Positions 14,206 through 27,150 of a stretch of DNA of 64,000 nucleotides are shown here, piece by piece. Position numbers and translations under genes: made by a program. Below the pieces are notes generated by a model that was given only the letters and a program-made list of their open reading frames with translations, searched no databases and had not been told where the DNA came from. The first letter of the stretch is position 1, and the number at the start of each line of letters is the position of its first letter. The stretch lies in NCBI GenBank assembly GCA_964016885.1, contig OZ024750.1:17794001-17858000 (forward strand), in the 5' to 3' direction. This stretch comes from Eledone cirrhosa (lineage: Eukaryota).

Positions 14206-14236
<31 letters not shown>

Positions 14237-14251
14237 CATATATATATACAT

Positions 14252-14284
<33 letters not shown>

Positions 14285-14977
14285 TATATATATACATATA
14301 TATATACATATATATATACATATATATATACATATATATATATACATATATATATATACATATATATATACATATATATATATATACCCATGCTAGCATG
14401 GAAGAACGGACGTAAAACGGTGATGATGATGATGATGATACACACATATATATACATATATATATATATACATATACATATATATACATATACACAAACA
14501 CATATATATAGATATATACATACACACACACACACATATACATATATAAATATATACATATATATATACATATACACACACATATACATATATAAATATA
14601 TACATATATATATACATATACATATATACATATACATATATATATATACATATACATATATATACATACATATACATATATACATATACACATATAGACA
14701 TTACAATACATTGGGAGGAAACATAATAGTACCACTGATAATGTCACAGGTGTGTGATGAAAGAACTTTGACTATATATATATATATATATATTTATATC
14801 TATATTTTTAAACATCAGTCAATCAATGATAAATATTGATTGAGCGCTAAATTAACTATAGGGATATAAAATATACAGAAGCAAAAACCAATCCAAACCA
14901 AATAGTGGGTGTGTTTTATTATCACTTCTGGCATTAAACTACCAGTAATGCACTGGAGTTGATTTAATCGACTTTGC

Positions 14978-15009
<32 letters not shown>

Positions 15010-15079
15010 TGTTGGCCTTGTGCCTAAATCAGAAACCATTATCATTTTCTGGCAATATTATAACAATATGACCCTCCTC

Positions 15080-15114
<35 letters not shown>

Positions 15115-15735
15115 TATACGTATACATACATATATATATACATACACATATACATATACGTATACATACATATATATACATACACATATACATATACGTA
15201 TACATACATACATATATATATATATAGATATATACGTATACATACATATATATATACATACACATATACATATACATATACGTATACATACATATATACA
15301 TACACATATACATATACGTATACATACATATATATATACATACACATATACATATACGTATACATACATATATATATATATACATACACATATACATATA
15401 CGTATACATACATATATATACATATACATATACGTATACATACATATATATATACATACACATATACATATACGTACATATATATATACACATATACATA
15501 TACGTATACATACATATATATATACATACACATATACATATACGTATACATACATATATATATACATATACATATACATACATATATACATACATACACA
15601 TATACGTATACATACATATATATATATATACATACACATATACGTATACATACATATATATATATATACATACACATACACATATACGTATACATACATA
15701 TATATATATATATAGAGAGAGATATATATATATAT
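13627..15735. repeat. Compound (TA)n/(TACA)n/(CA)n microsatellite fields interrupted by SINE fragments
   Basis: Seen directly; source of the Y/I/H/T-rich ORFs. Confidence 0.9.
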
Positions 15736-16150
15736 GAGAAATAGCAACATTTTTATGTTATGAAATATACAGTGTTTTTGTTATGAACAATAAACAAACC
15801 CATTTGACTTTTACTTAGCTGAAAATACTTAAATACGTAAGTGTAATTAGGTGGCAGAGAAATTGTTTATGATTTTAATTTGGCAGAGAAAGTAGGTGAT
15901 GGTGGTGGTGGTGGTGGTGATGTTGGTGGTGGTGGTGGTCGTCGTGGTGGTGGTGGTGGCGGCGGCACGAATCAAATGTATGAATGGGAAAATTGTAGTT
16001 GTAATAGTAGTAGTTTCAGATAAGAGAAGGACACATAGGACATATATATATAAATAACATTATGAATGAACATTACGGAATAAAGCAGAGATTCAAGAGG
16101 ATGGTGGCAGTGGCAGTGGAGGTGGTGTTAACGTTGAAGTAAGATGAATT

Positions 16151-16226
<76 letters not shown>

Positions 16227-16549
16227 GATATTAAACAAATGGAAACTACATTTATAAAACCATATTTATTTCATTATATATATTTCAGGGGGTTAAATGG
16301 AAGTTGTAAAATTGTTCAAGGTATGTCAAATTTATTTATAAAACTGTTTATATATTGTATTTTGTCTGAAGAGGGCATACCATATTTTTAATATGATATC
16401 CCTGAAATATATATAATGAAATAAATATGGTTTTATAAATGTAGTTTCCATTTGTTTAATATCATAAAATACTCCAAAATCTGTTGAGTGCTTTTATATC
16501 AGTTATAAATATTTACTCGTTGTAACCCAACAATTTTAAATAAAATTTT

Positions 16550-16553
<4 letters not shown>
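16227..16553 (+). mobile_element. Short non-autonomous Penelope-like (pLTR) remnant with 5' inverted duplication, inserted in (TA)n
   Basis: 64-bp inverted arms at 16227-16290 and 16400-16463, an internal hammerhead, a 3' motif ttgagtgctt, and (TA)n on both sides. Confidence 0.7.
16358..16423 (+). ncRNA. Type-I hammerhead ribozyme motif
   Basis: tattttgt CTGAAGA gggcataccatatttttaatatgatatccct GAAA tatata TA atgaaata. Stem I pairs with two G-U wobbles. Confidence 0.65.
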
Positions 16554-16597
<44 letters not shown>

Positions 16598-17389
16598 TGT
16601 GTGTGTGTGTCAATACTCATCCTTTTCTACCTTTTTAGGCTAAAATCTCTTTAGTCAAAAATATGGCGGAAACTTCTATTTCTACTAAAATTTCAAACTT
16701 TGCTATTTCAGAACAAACTCATATATATATCATCATCATCATCATCGTCGTGGTTTAACGTCCATCTTCCACGCTAGCATGGGTTAGACGGGAGAGAGAG
16801 GGTGGCGTTGGTGGGAGTGGGAGGATAGGGTAGGGGTAGGGGTAGTGGATTGGGGTGTATATTTGATTAAGAGGTGCCTAATATATATATATATATATAT
16901 ATAATTAACAACAAATTCTGTCCTCTGACATTGAGCTAACCATATACTGCCTATTTGATAAGTGGAGTGTTACACACTCCCAATTCTCTCCCTTATATAT
17001 TATATATATATATACATACATATGAACACACATACTTACGAACACACAGGCATATACACTCACGCAAAGCCCAGTGTTTAGGAGGTATGGCACCCCAAAA
17101 TGTTACATATACATACAGACTTGCCTCCAAAAGGCTGTAGCTATATGATGTAAATGAAGCCAAACAGGTTCACCCAGGAACGAAACATTAAATCACATGC
17201 TTAGTTCTTCAGTAGTTGACAGAACAGAAACAACTGAGACAAAGCATTTGAGGGGCGAGAATGGGAAATTGTGAAGTTCATGTATTCTTCTATGTGGATG
17301 TTGATGATGATGATAATCATGATGATGATCAACATCACTGATTAACATCTATTTCCAACCTTGCATTAGATTACATATCATCATCATCA

Positions 17390-17605
17390 TCATCATCATC
17401 ACCGTTTTACGTCCGTTCTTCCACGCTAGCATGGGTTAGACGGGTTGTCCTGTTGTGGGCAGTGTCTGGTCGGCTGACCATGCCTTGCTCATACAGGAAC
17501 TGATCTGGCTTGATTTCTACAGCTGGATGCCCTTCCTAACACCAACCTCATTTACAGTGAGTGCTGGGTGCTTTTTCGTGGCGCCTACATATATATATCG
17601 TGGCG

Positions 17606-17661
<56 letters not shown>

Positions 17662-17790
17662 AAGGGCATCTAGCTGTAGAAAGTCTGCCAGAAACAGTTC
17701 TGTACAAGTGAGATACGGTCACCCAACCAATCTTGCCTCAAGTGGGTCCAACCCATGCTAGCATAGAAGATGGACATTAAACAATGATGA
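17390..17790. mobile_element. Back-to-back inverted SINE 3' portions separated by (TA)n
   Basis: - copy at 17390-17590 and + copy at 17659-17790 share aggaagggcatc.agctgtagaaa...ccatgctagc. Confidence 0.75.
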
Positions 17791-17825
17791 TATATGTTTA
17801 TATATATATATATATATATATATGT

Positions 17826-18097
17826 AGAGGTTATATTTAATTTGTTGGGATTCAACAAGCTTAAAAATGTTTATAACTGATATAAAGCACTCAACAAGTT
17901 AGTGGAGTAAATATTCAATATATTAATAAATGGAAACTATATTTATAAGGTTTTTTTCCCGGTATGTCAATATTTATTTATAAAACAAATCTGTATTTTA
18001 TCTGATGATAGCGCACCATAATTTACCTTGGTTGCCCTTGAAATATATATAATAAAATAATTATGGTTTTATAAATATAGTTTCCATTTATTAATAT

Positions 18098-18101
<4 letters not shown>
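17826..18101. mobile_element. Short pLTR-like remnant (same family as 16227) with inverted duplication, in (TA)n
   Basis: 33-bp inverted arms at 17916-17948 and 18069-18101. Shares ggtatgtcaa..tttatttataaaac and tggttttataaat.tagtttccattt with the 16.2-kb copy. Confidence 0.7.
17994..18059 (+). ncRNA. Type-I hammerhead ribozyme motif
   Basis: tattttat CTGATGA tagcgcaccataatttaccttggttgccctt GAAA tatata TA ataaaata, with a perfect 8-bp stem I. Confidence 0.65.
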
Positions 18102-18147
<46 letters not shown>

Positions 18148-18296
18148 TTATGAATACCAAAATCTGAAGAGGGCTCGATATATATATATATAAAACCCGT
18201 AGAGCAAATATTTATTATGCGTACAGATTAAAGTTTAAGCAAAGAATTGCTGCTTTCACCTTTTTAAAGGGTTTTCTGTATATGTATACACACAGA

Positions 18297-18353
<57 letters not shown>

Positions 18354-18697
18354 CAGTTCAATATGAATAAGACATTGTCACCTGACCCAACTTACCTCAA
18401 ATGGGACAACCCGTCTAACCCATGCTAGTGTGGGAAAATGGACGTTAAACAATGATGATGATGATGATACATTCATTAAGAAAGGTAAACACCCTACGGT
18501 CAGGAATGACCAGGAGAATTGCATTTAAAAAGTTCCCCTGTAAGGACTAAGACCAGGCTAGGTGTTTCTGTGTCAGATCAGCAATCACCCATGTCTCCCC
18601 TCATCACACCACTGATGCAGTCCATATATGTATATACACACACACAGATATGTATATATACACATACACAATACACACACACACATATATATATATT

Positions 18698-18733
<36 letters not shown>

Positions 18734-18840
18734 TACACACACAAATATATATATATGTATATATACACACATACATATATATATGTATATACACACACAT
18801 ATATATATGTACACACATATATGTACACACACATACACAC

Positions 18841-18884
<44 letters not shown>

Positions 18885-19136
18885 ACACACAAATATATAT
18901 ATATATATGTATATATACACATATACACACACAAATATATATATATATATATGTACATATACACACACACACACACACAAATACAACATACACACACACA
19001 TATGTGTACACAGATACACAACACACACACTCATATATGTATACACACACACATACATGGATACATACACACACATACATACACACATACATACATACAC
19101 ACAGATACACATATAAATACTATATATAACATATAT

Positions 19137-19263
19137 GAATGAATGAATGAATGAATGAATGAATGAATAAATGAATGAATGAATGAATGAATGAATGAAT
19201 GAATGAATGAATGAATGAATGAATGAATGAATGAATGAATGAATGAATGAATGAATGAATGAA
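19137..19263. repeat. (GAAT)n microsatellite
   Basis: About 31 nearly perfect units. Confidence 0.95.
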
Positions 19264-19989
19264 ATTCAGGATTGTTTCTTAAATGTTATAAATAATATAT
19301 TTAGTTACCTTGCTACAAACAGGGGCATCATATGTAGTGCAGGGCATGATGTAATAATTCAAATGATACTGACTGAAATTAGTTAAAATCTTTCTTCAGA
19401 AATCTCCTTTTCTGGGACTTATTCTTGGTGTTGTTGTTGTTGTTGTTGTTGCTGTCTCTCTCTCTTTTTTTTTTGTTGTTGTTTGTGATGTTTCTGTGGC
19501 CTTTCTAGATTTATTATTTTAAAAGGGTTAAATCTCAGGTAAAAAATTATAGATTGGAAATTTCAGATAAATCTCTTTTAATATTTCACTTGATCAGAAA
19601 GACAAGAGAAAAAGAGAGAGAGATGTATGTGAGATAGAGATAAAGATAAAGTGTGGGGGTTGATAATAGAGTAGGGTTAGGTCTACCAAGGGTTATTGAT
19701 CCAACAATGTATCTTAAAAGTGCATTTAGGTTTGACCTAAAGCTGTGTGTGTTGTGTGTTTATAGTGGTGTGTTGTGAGAGAGAGAGCCGAAGATGTTAA
19801 CTCTGATCACAGGAGAAACCAGCTAATTGTTCTCCTCTCCAGGAGTCTAGGCTGCTGACTGAGATGACTTCTACTCTAGCTTAACTAGTTATATAAGATT
19901 CACTAAACTGAACTGTAAGGTGTGTATAGGGAGGAGAAGGAGGAGGAGGTGAAGAAGGATGAGGGAAGTGGTAAATATTTTTATATATA

Positions 19990-21430
19990 GAAAGTTACAC
20001 GGAATTGTGGTAGTGGTGGTAGTAGTAGTAGTAGTAGTAATGGTTGTGATGGCATTTGTTGGGGTGGTGGTGGTGGTAGTGGTTGATGGTTGTGATGGCA
20101 TTTGTTGGGGTGATGGTGGTGGTGGTGGTTGATGGTTGTGATGGCATTTGTTGGGGTGGTGGTGGTTGTTGTGGTTGTGATGGTATTTCTTAGCAAGGTG
20201 GTGGTGGTAGTAGTAATGGTGGTGGCAGTAATGGTTAAGATGGCATTTCTTGAGCTGATGTGTGATGGTGATGGTGATGGCGGTGGTGATTGTGGTAGCG
20301 GTGATGCTGGTAGTAGTGATTGTTGTGATGGCATTAGTTGGGCTGATGCACGATAGTGGCAGTGGCAGTGGCAGTGGTGGTGGTGGTGGTAGTAATGGCT
20401 GTGATGGCATTTGTTGGAGTGGTGGTGGTGGTGGTGGTGAAGGTTGACATCAAGGTGAGCATTGTTGTAGTTGTAGGCAGTGGTGATGGTGGTAGTAATG
20501 GTGGTAGTTATTGGTGGTGATGGTGGTATAATGGTTAAGGTGGTAGTTATTGGTGGTAGTTTTGGTGGTGATGGTGATGGTAGTAGTAATGGTTAAGGTG
20601 GTAGTTATTGGTGGTAGTTTTGGTGGTGATGGTGGTAGTTATTGGTGGTGATGGTGATGGTGGTAGTAATGGTTAAGGTGGTAGTTGTTGGTGGTGATGG
20701 TGGTAGTGATGGTGGTGGTAATGGTGGTAGTGATGGCTAAGATGGTAGTTGTTGGTGGTGATGGTGGTGGTGGTAGTAATGGTTGAAATAGCCTTTGTGC
20801 GGTGGTGCTGAAGGTAGAAACCAAGGTGATTGATGTATTTGTAGGTTGTGGTGATGGTGATGGTGATGATAGAGGTAATGATGAGATGGTAGCTGTTGAG
20901 GTGGTGGTGGTGGTGGTGGTAGGGGTAACAGGTGAGATGGCCTTTGTTGGGTGATTGTTGTGCTTGTAGGTGGTGGTGATGGTGGTGGTGATGGTGGTGG
21001 TGATGGTATGAGTAATGGATGAGATGGTAGCTGTTGTGGTGGTGGTGGTGGTGGTGGTGGTGGTGGTGGTAGGAGTAACGGATGAGATGGTAGCTGTGGA
21101 GGTGGTGGTGGTGGTGGTGGTGAAGGTACACATGAAGGTGATTGTTATAATTGTAAGTGGTAATGATGATGACGGTAATGGTTGAGTTGATAGATGTTAT
21201 TAGTGGTGGTGTAGTGGTGGTGGTGTGGTGATGTGGTGATGGTGTGGTGGTGGCAATGGTTGTGATGGTAGTTTTATCGTTATTGGTGGTGGTGGTGGTG
21301 GTGGTGGTTGGGATGGTAGTTGTCATTAGAGGTGGTAGTTTCATTGTTATTGGTGGTAGTGGTGGTGGTTGGGATGGTAGTTTAGATGGTGGTGATGGTT
21401 GAAATGATGATGATGGTTGTGGTGGTTACT
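19990..21430. repeat. (GGT)n-rich low-complexity/minisatellite region
   Basis: Seen directly; sub-units such as tgtgatggcatttgttggggtg recur. Confidence 0.9.
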
Positions 21431-21984
21431 TTTAGTTCAGCAAGTGAAGCGTCAAGAATTGGGAGAAATTATTTAAAAAGATAGAAACAGACAGACAGAC
21501 AGACATACAGACAGAGTGACTGATAGACAGAGAGACAGTTAGATGGCTATATAGACAGATAGATATCTTTCTTAATTTGCCACAGAGGCGTACAAAAATG
21601 GGACGTTACAAGACATGACACTGGGCACTGTGCACAATATTTCGTTATTGTTATTATATCATGACTCATACACTGTTTATTTTCCTGACATTTGTACATT
21701 ATTCTATGTACTATACATGCACCTTTGATGAGTTGTAGTGCACCTGAGCACTGTACACAATAATTTCATTATTATGACGGCAGGGGGGTTTTACATAAAA
21801 TCTTTAACAATGATAAATAACAATAAACTATATAAAAATAAAACAATTGAAATCCCCACTAGAGGGGGGAGAGGGGGTAACTCTACTGCGGGGTTGTTTT
21901 ACACCCCGTGGATAGAACAACCCTCAACACCAGGAACACGTTTTGTAGGTGTTCCCGTCTTCCCTCTGTTTATCTTCCTCTAGA

Positions 21985-22334
21985 TAGAGACAGACAGACA
22001 GACAAACAGATATACAGACAGGCAGACAGACAGACAGACAGACTGACAGACATGCAGGCAGGCAGGCAGACAGACAGACAAATATACAGACAGACAGACA
22101 GACAGATATACAGACAGATATACAGACAGGCAGACTGACAGACATGCAGGCAGGCAGACAGACAGACGGACAAACGGACAGTCAGACTGACAGACAGACA
22201 GACAGGCAGACAGACAGGCAAACAGATATATAGACAGACAGACAGATAGATAGATAGACAGACAGTTAGACAGGTAGATAGATAGATGGAGAGGGACGAG
22301 GGGAGGGAAATGAGATAGATAGATGGAAAGAGAT

Positions 22335-22425
<91 letters not shown>
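21985..22425. repeat. (GACA)n/(GATA)n and (GA)n microsatellites
   Basis: Seen directly. Confidence 0.9.
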
Positions 22426-22428
<3 letters not shown>

Positions 22429-23321
22429 TGAGGCTTCAGTTGATAATAAACTTCATTCTACAGAAGGTTTCTTCAGTGACAAGTGGAGTGGAAAGGATGC
22501 ATGAACAAATATTAACATCACTAACACCACTAGCACTACTACTACCACCACCACCACTACTGCTTCCACTACTACCACCATTTTTATCACCACCACCACC
22601 ACTACCACTAGCATCACTACTACCAACATCACTAACACCCCCACCCCACTACCACCATCACTAACCCCATCATCTTCACCACTACTACCACTATAATTAA
22701 CTTTTACCATCTTCACCACCAACACCACCACCACTAACACCCCACCGCCACCACCACTAACTCCCCCACCACCACCACCTTTTTTTTTTCTCTTTTATTG
22801 ATTCTTTTCCTTTCATTTATTTTTGTTTTTCTATTTCTATTATTTGTATTAATTATTTTATTTTATTCAGCCAACAAAATTTGTATCAGAGTTGAAATTA
22901 TCTAACATGAGGTAAAATTCTAAAAATATAATTTTATTAAAATAGGTGCAGGCATGACACAGTGTGGTTAAGTAATTGTCTTAGTAACTATATGGCTTCA
23001 GATTCAGTCCCACAGTGTGGCACCTTGAGCAAGTGTCTTCTATAGCATTGGGTTGATCAATGCCTTGTGAGTGAAACTTGGCAGATGGAGACTGCATGGA
23101 AAGAGTTGTCTTAATCTCAATGTTAGTTGATCGCCAGTGTTGTATTTTATCACTGTAATTAACGAATTGGAGTGTAATCAATCTAAGCACTCCACATCAG
23201 TTACACCTATCCAAGATCTGGGATTACATAAACTAGTACACAATGGAGTATTGGTATGTTCATAAATATGAAGACGGTTCTACTTTCCCATACTTGTATG
23301 GAAAAGTAAAACTGTCTTCAT

Positions 23322-23354
<33 letters not shown>

Positions 23355-23394
23355 CACATACACACACATTCACACACAAATATATATATATATA

Positions 23395-23628
23395 AGCAAA
23401 GAGTTATTTAATTTGTTGGTTATTCAACAAATTTATTTATAACAGATTCGAAGCACTCTACAGATTTCTTCTGGAGTATAATATCAATAATATTAATAAA
23501 TGGAAACTATCTTTATAAAACCATATTTATTTTATTATATATATTCCAAAGGTACCCTTGAAATATATATATAATAAAATGAATTTGGTTTTATAAAGAT
23601 AGTTTCCATTTATTAATATTATTGATAT
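23395..23628. mobile_element. pLTR-like remnant forming a ~70-bp-arm palindrome (same family as 16227 and 17826)
   Basis: Arms 23481-~23550 and ~23556-23628 centred on ggtacc, flanked by (TA)n. Confidence 0.7.
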
Positions 23629-23716
23629 ATATATATCTATATATATATATTTAAAATATCACTACCATGACTGAATCTTAACCATCTACTATGTCAGGGT
23701 ATGTCATGCATCATCT

Positions 23717-23783
23717 TATTTTATCTGATGAGAACGTACTGTTGAACTTAACTCAGTACCTCTGAAATATGTATAATAAAATA
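23717..23783 (+). ncRNA. Type-I hammerhead ribozyme motif
   Basis: tattttat CTGATGA gaacgtactgttgaacttaactcagtacctct GAAA tatgta TA ataaaata. Stem I is 8 bp and stem II includes gtactg/cagtac. Confidence 0.7.
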
Positions 23784-23823
23784 TAATTGATCACAAGAAT
23801 ATCTATTTTGTTAATATTTTGAA

Positions 23824-23859
<36 letters not shown>

Positions 23860-23980
23860 GGAGGTGAGTTTTATTGTAGTACAATAAAGCAATGCAGATA
23901 TCGGATAAGAAGCACTCTACAGTTTGTGGGACTGGAGTATGCATAATATAAGATCAAAAGATGGTTAAAGGAGTTCAATA

Positions 23981-24050
23981 TATTTTATTATGCGCATTTC
24001 AAAAACAAACATCATCAAACAATAATATTTGTGTTTTCATCAGATAAAAC
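23981..24050 (-). ncRNA. Type-I hammerhead ribozyme motif (sense to RCAN pre-mRNA)
   Basis: Reverse complement of the 24153-24222 motif. Confidence 0.65.
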
Positions 24051-24152
24051 AGGAGAACATGATATGAAGGCTAAAAATATGTTGATTTAAATATGTTGAT
24101 TTAAAACTGCACTATCAACAAGTGTTTTTTTAGCCTTCATATCATGTTCTCC

Positions 24153-24222
24153 TGTTTTATCTGATGAAAACACAAATATTATTGTTTGATGATGTTTGTT
24201 TTTGAAATGCGCATAATAAAAT
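24153..24222 (+). ncRNA. Type-I hammerhead ribozyme motif
   Basis: tgttttat CTGATGA aaacacaaatattattgtttgatgatgtttgttttt GAAA tgcgca TA ataaaata, with palindromic stem III tgcgca. Confidence 0.65.
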
Positions 24223-24253
24223 ATATTGAACTCCTTTAACCATCTTTTGATCT

Positions 24254-24291
<38 letters not shown>

Positions 24292-24789
24292 CCAAAATAC
24301 AGACCATATGAGCAAGATGTGGTCACCGGATCTGACTTGTCTCATAATGTGATAACCTGTCTAATCTACGCAAGTGTGGAAAAATAGACATTAAACGATG
24401 ATGAGGATGTTATACATCATTTTACATCTGTTTTTCATACCTGTATATCATCAACATCATAATCACCCTCCTCATTTAACATCTATTTCCCATGTTTGTA
24501 TGAGTTAGACAGATTGTCATGTTCTGAGTCTAAACTGGTCAGGCGACCATGTTGGTATGTCTAGCTCATGTGTTCCATATTTGGCATGGCTTCATGGCTT
24601 CTATGACTAGATGCCTTTCCTATTGCCAACCACTTTACAGTGTGTATTTGAGATCATTTTATCATGGTACCAGCACTATCGCTTTACAGGGTGAAATGGG
24701 TGCATTTTATTGTGGCATTGGCGCTACCACTTTACAAGGTAGCCAGGAGTATTATGTGTGTGTGTGATTGTGTCTGTGTTTATGTTTAC

Positions 24790-25049
24790 TGCATGTGGTC
24801 AGAATGTCTCAGGAGAGAATCGCTGGACAAATTTTACAGGCAAAACCAACTGGTAGGAGACCCCAGAGGTAGACCCCGAGCAAGATGGTTAGATAACGTC
24901 CATGAGCTTGGCTGGTCTCACTTGGGGATCCAGCCAAATCAGTTGGAGACGGTTGCTTCTGACAGGACCCGTTGGAAGGAGTGTTTGAGGACTCTTCCAC
25001 CACGACCCTCTCAGGAATAAGTGGGTGAAGAAGAAGAAGAAGAAGAAGC
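24790..25049 (+). mobile_element. 5'-truncated RTE LINE 3' end with (GAA)n tail
   Basis: HVVRMSQERIAGQILQAKPTGRR/PRGRPRARWLDNVHELG...VASDRTRWKECL...QE*, followed by (gaa)n. Confidence 0.85.
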
Positions 25050-25484
25050 TTGTTTATATCCTAAAACTTAGTTGTTCAACAAAAAGAAATCAATAAAATA
25101 AGTACCAGACTTTAAACAAAAGTACAGGACAAGGTGGGGAGTGAGATGCGGTTGATATGTTTGATTAAATCCCTGCAAGGCAGTGCTCCAGCGTGGCCAC
25201 AGTAAAAGAATATTTAAAAAAATTATGAAAAGGGGGTAAAAGAAAAAAAAAATCACATAAAATATAATGCATTTCTATAGTGGGGCAAAACTGTAAAAGA
25301 CACAAAAAAAACTCAATGAAAGGTAATATGAAAGTAGGGGTCGATTGGTTGGCCGGTTAGCTGGTTGGTTGGTTGATCCTTTTATTGGTAGAAATATGGT
25401 AGAACAATTGATGGTAGTTTTACAGGTTTTACTGCTCTCTTTATTACAACATTTCCAGTGAATTCTATATTTTACTAGCAGCCG

Positions 25485-25795
25485 GTGGTGGTACTGGGGA
25501 GAGGGTGGTGGTAGTGGTGGTGGTGGTGATGGTAGTGGTGGTGGTGATGATGGTGGTGGTGATAGTAGTGGTAGTGGTGGTGGTGATAATGGTGGTGATG
25601 ATGGTGGTGGTGGTGATAATGGTGGTGGTGATGATAATGGTGGTGGTGATAATGGTGGTGATGATGGTGGTGGTGGTGATAGTAGTGGTAGTAGTGATGG
25701 TGGTGATGATGGTAGTGGTGTTGGTGGTGGTGGTAGTGATGATGGTGATAATAGTGGTGATGATGGTGGTGGTGGTAGTTGTGATGATGATGACC
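25485..25795. repeat. (GGT/GAT)n microsatellite
   Basis: Seen directly. Confidence 0.9.
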
Positions 25796-26458
25796 ATTAT
25801 CAACAATAATTATCATGATGAGGCTGGTGTAGCTGTTCTTGTTTGTCGATGAGAGACATCTTTGTTTTCTGCTTAACTGGTAACTGGTAGCTCTTAAACC
25901 TCTCTGCTTAGTATACTACTTTTACTATATAGACACAAACACATGCTTTACCTCTTCTGGTGGTAGTAACTATTATGCTGTATGTCTCTTTAGTCTTCTC
26001 TTCGATATATACAAGACACTCACACATGCTTCACCTACTCTGTAACCGGTAACTATTATTCCTCTGTCCTCTTAGTCCACTACTGTCCTTAAGTCTCCAT
26101 ACTAGAGGACACTCATCCTCCTGCCCAAAGCTGATAATGGACTCAGACCAGATGCAAAATATAGACCCCCCCCCCTCCCATTGCCAACATATGATGGAGG
26201 TAAGATTCCTCACAACATGTTAGTTTTTATGAAATAACTTTTTGATGTATGATAAATTATTTAAATTACAACTACATTTTTCGTAGTTTTTAGTCTTGTG
26301 TATGAATGTACAGGTGTATATGATAGTCAATGATAACAGCACAAACCAATCAATGAAAGCTTGTCATACCTGCCCATTTGTCTACTCTGCCTCTCCAACA
26401 TGCAAAACCCCAGACAGGATCCCAGTGGACAGAATAGAGAAAATGTGTTACCCTAGAG

Positions 26459-27150
26459 CAGGAGCATGCAACAGGCAACCCGCCAGACCAGTCAGAGTGG
26501 CCCGCAATGTTTTTAATTTTTACCTTCTAGGCTTGTTTAGAAATTTTTTCGTAACTGTAATACAATCAATTTTCTGTTAGTTGACCTATACGTAAGGGCT
26601 TCACTGATAGGGTTATGTGTGTTATAATTTCCCCAGTTGACCTATACTAAAGGGCTTCACTGATAGGGTTATGTGTGTTATAATTTCCCCAGTTGACCTA
26701 TACTAAAGGGCTTCACTGATAGGGTTGTGTGTGTTATAATTTCCCCAGTTGACCTATACTAAAGGGCTTCACTGATAGGGTTATGTGTGTTATAATTTCC
26801 CCAGTTGACCTATACTAAAGGGCTTCACTGATAGGGTTATGTGTGTTATAATTTCCCCAGTTGACCTATACTAAAGGGCTTCACTGATAGGGTTATGTGT
26901 GTTATAATTTCCCCAGTTGACCTATACTAAAGGGCTTCACTGATAGGGTTATGTGTGTTATGATTTCCCCAGTTGACCTATTCTAAAGGGCTTCACTGAT
27001 AGGATTATGTGTGTTATAATTTCCCAGTTCCATGTTATGGAAAGAAGTGGTGGTGAATCTTTGGAATAGTGCTTAATAAATATTAATGGCCCCAATAGTT
27101 GTTCCAATGTTCAAAAGTGGCCTGCCAATAGAATATGTTGCACACCCCTG
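26459..27150. mobile_element. Non-autonomous hAT DNA transposon with 8-bp TSD
   Basis: TSD ccctagag at 26451-26458 and 27151-27158. TIRs caggagcatgcaaca / tgttgcacacccctg. Confidence 0.9.
26579..27030. repeat. 56-bp tandem repeat, ~8 copies, inside the hAT element
   Basis: agttgacctatactaaagggcttcactgatagggttatgtgtgttataatttcccc at 26635, 26691, 26747 and onward. Confidence 0.95.

Larger units (their letters stand above)
23858..24260 (-). mobile_element. pLTR-like remnant with ~134-bp perfect inverted duplication; each arm carries a hammerhead
   Basis: Arms 23944-24077 and ~24127-24260 are reverse complements. The 3' motif (tagagtgctt on -) lies near 23910, and (TA)n flanks both ends. Confidence 0.8.

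Noticed and set aside
13576-15750. Long Y/I/H/T/C/V/M-rich ORFs here and at 18.5-19.1, 33.8-35.0, 38.5-39.9, 46.8-47.5, 50.3-51.0 and 58.3-59.1 kb
   Set aside because: Translations of (TA)n/(CA)n/(TACA)n microsatellites, open in several frames on both strands, with no domain motifs.
18164-18210. Possible hammerhead (CTGAAGA ggg...ccc)
   Set aside because: No GAAA/NUH segment follows the putative stem II.
26579-27030. CRISPR-like array
   Set aside because: Contiguous identical 56-bp units inside a hAT element, with no spacers.
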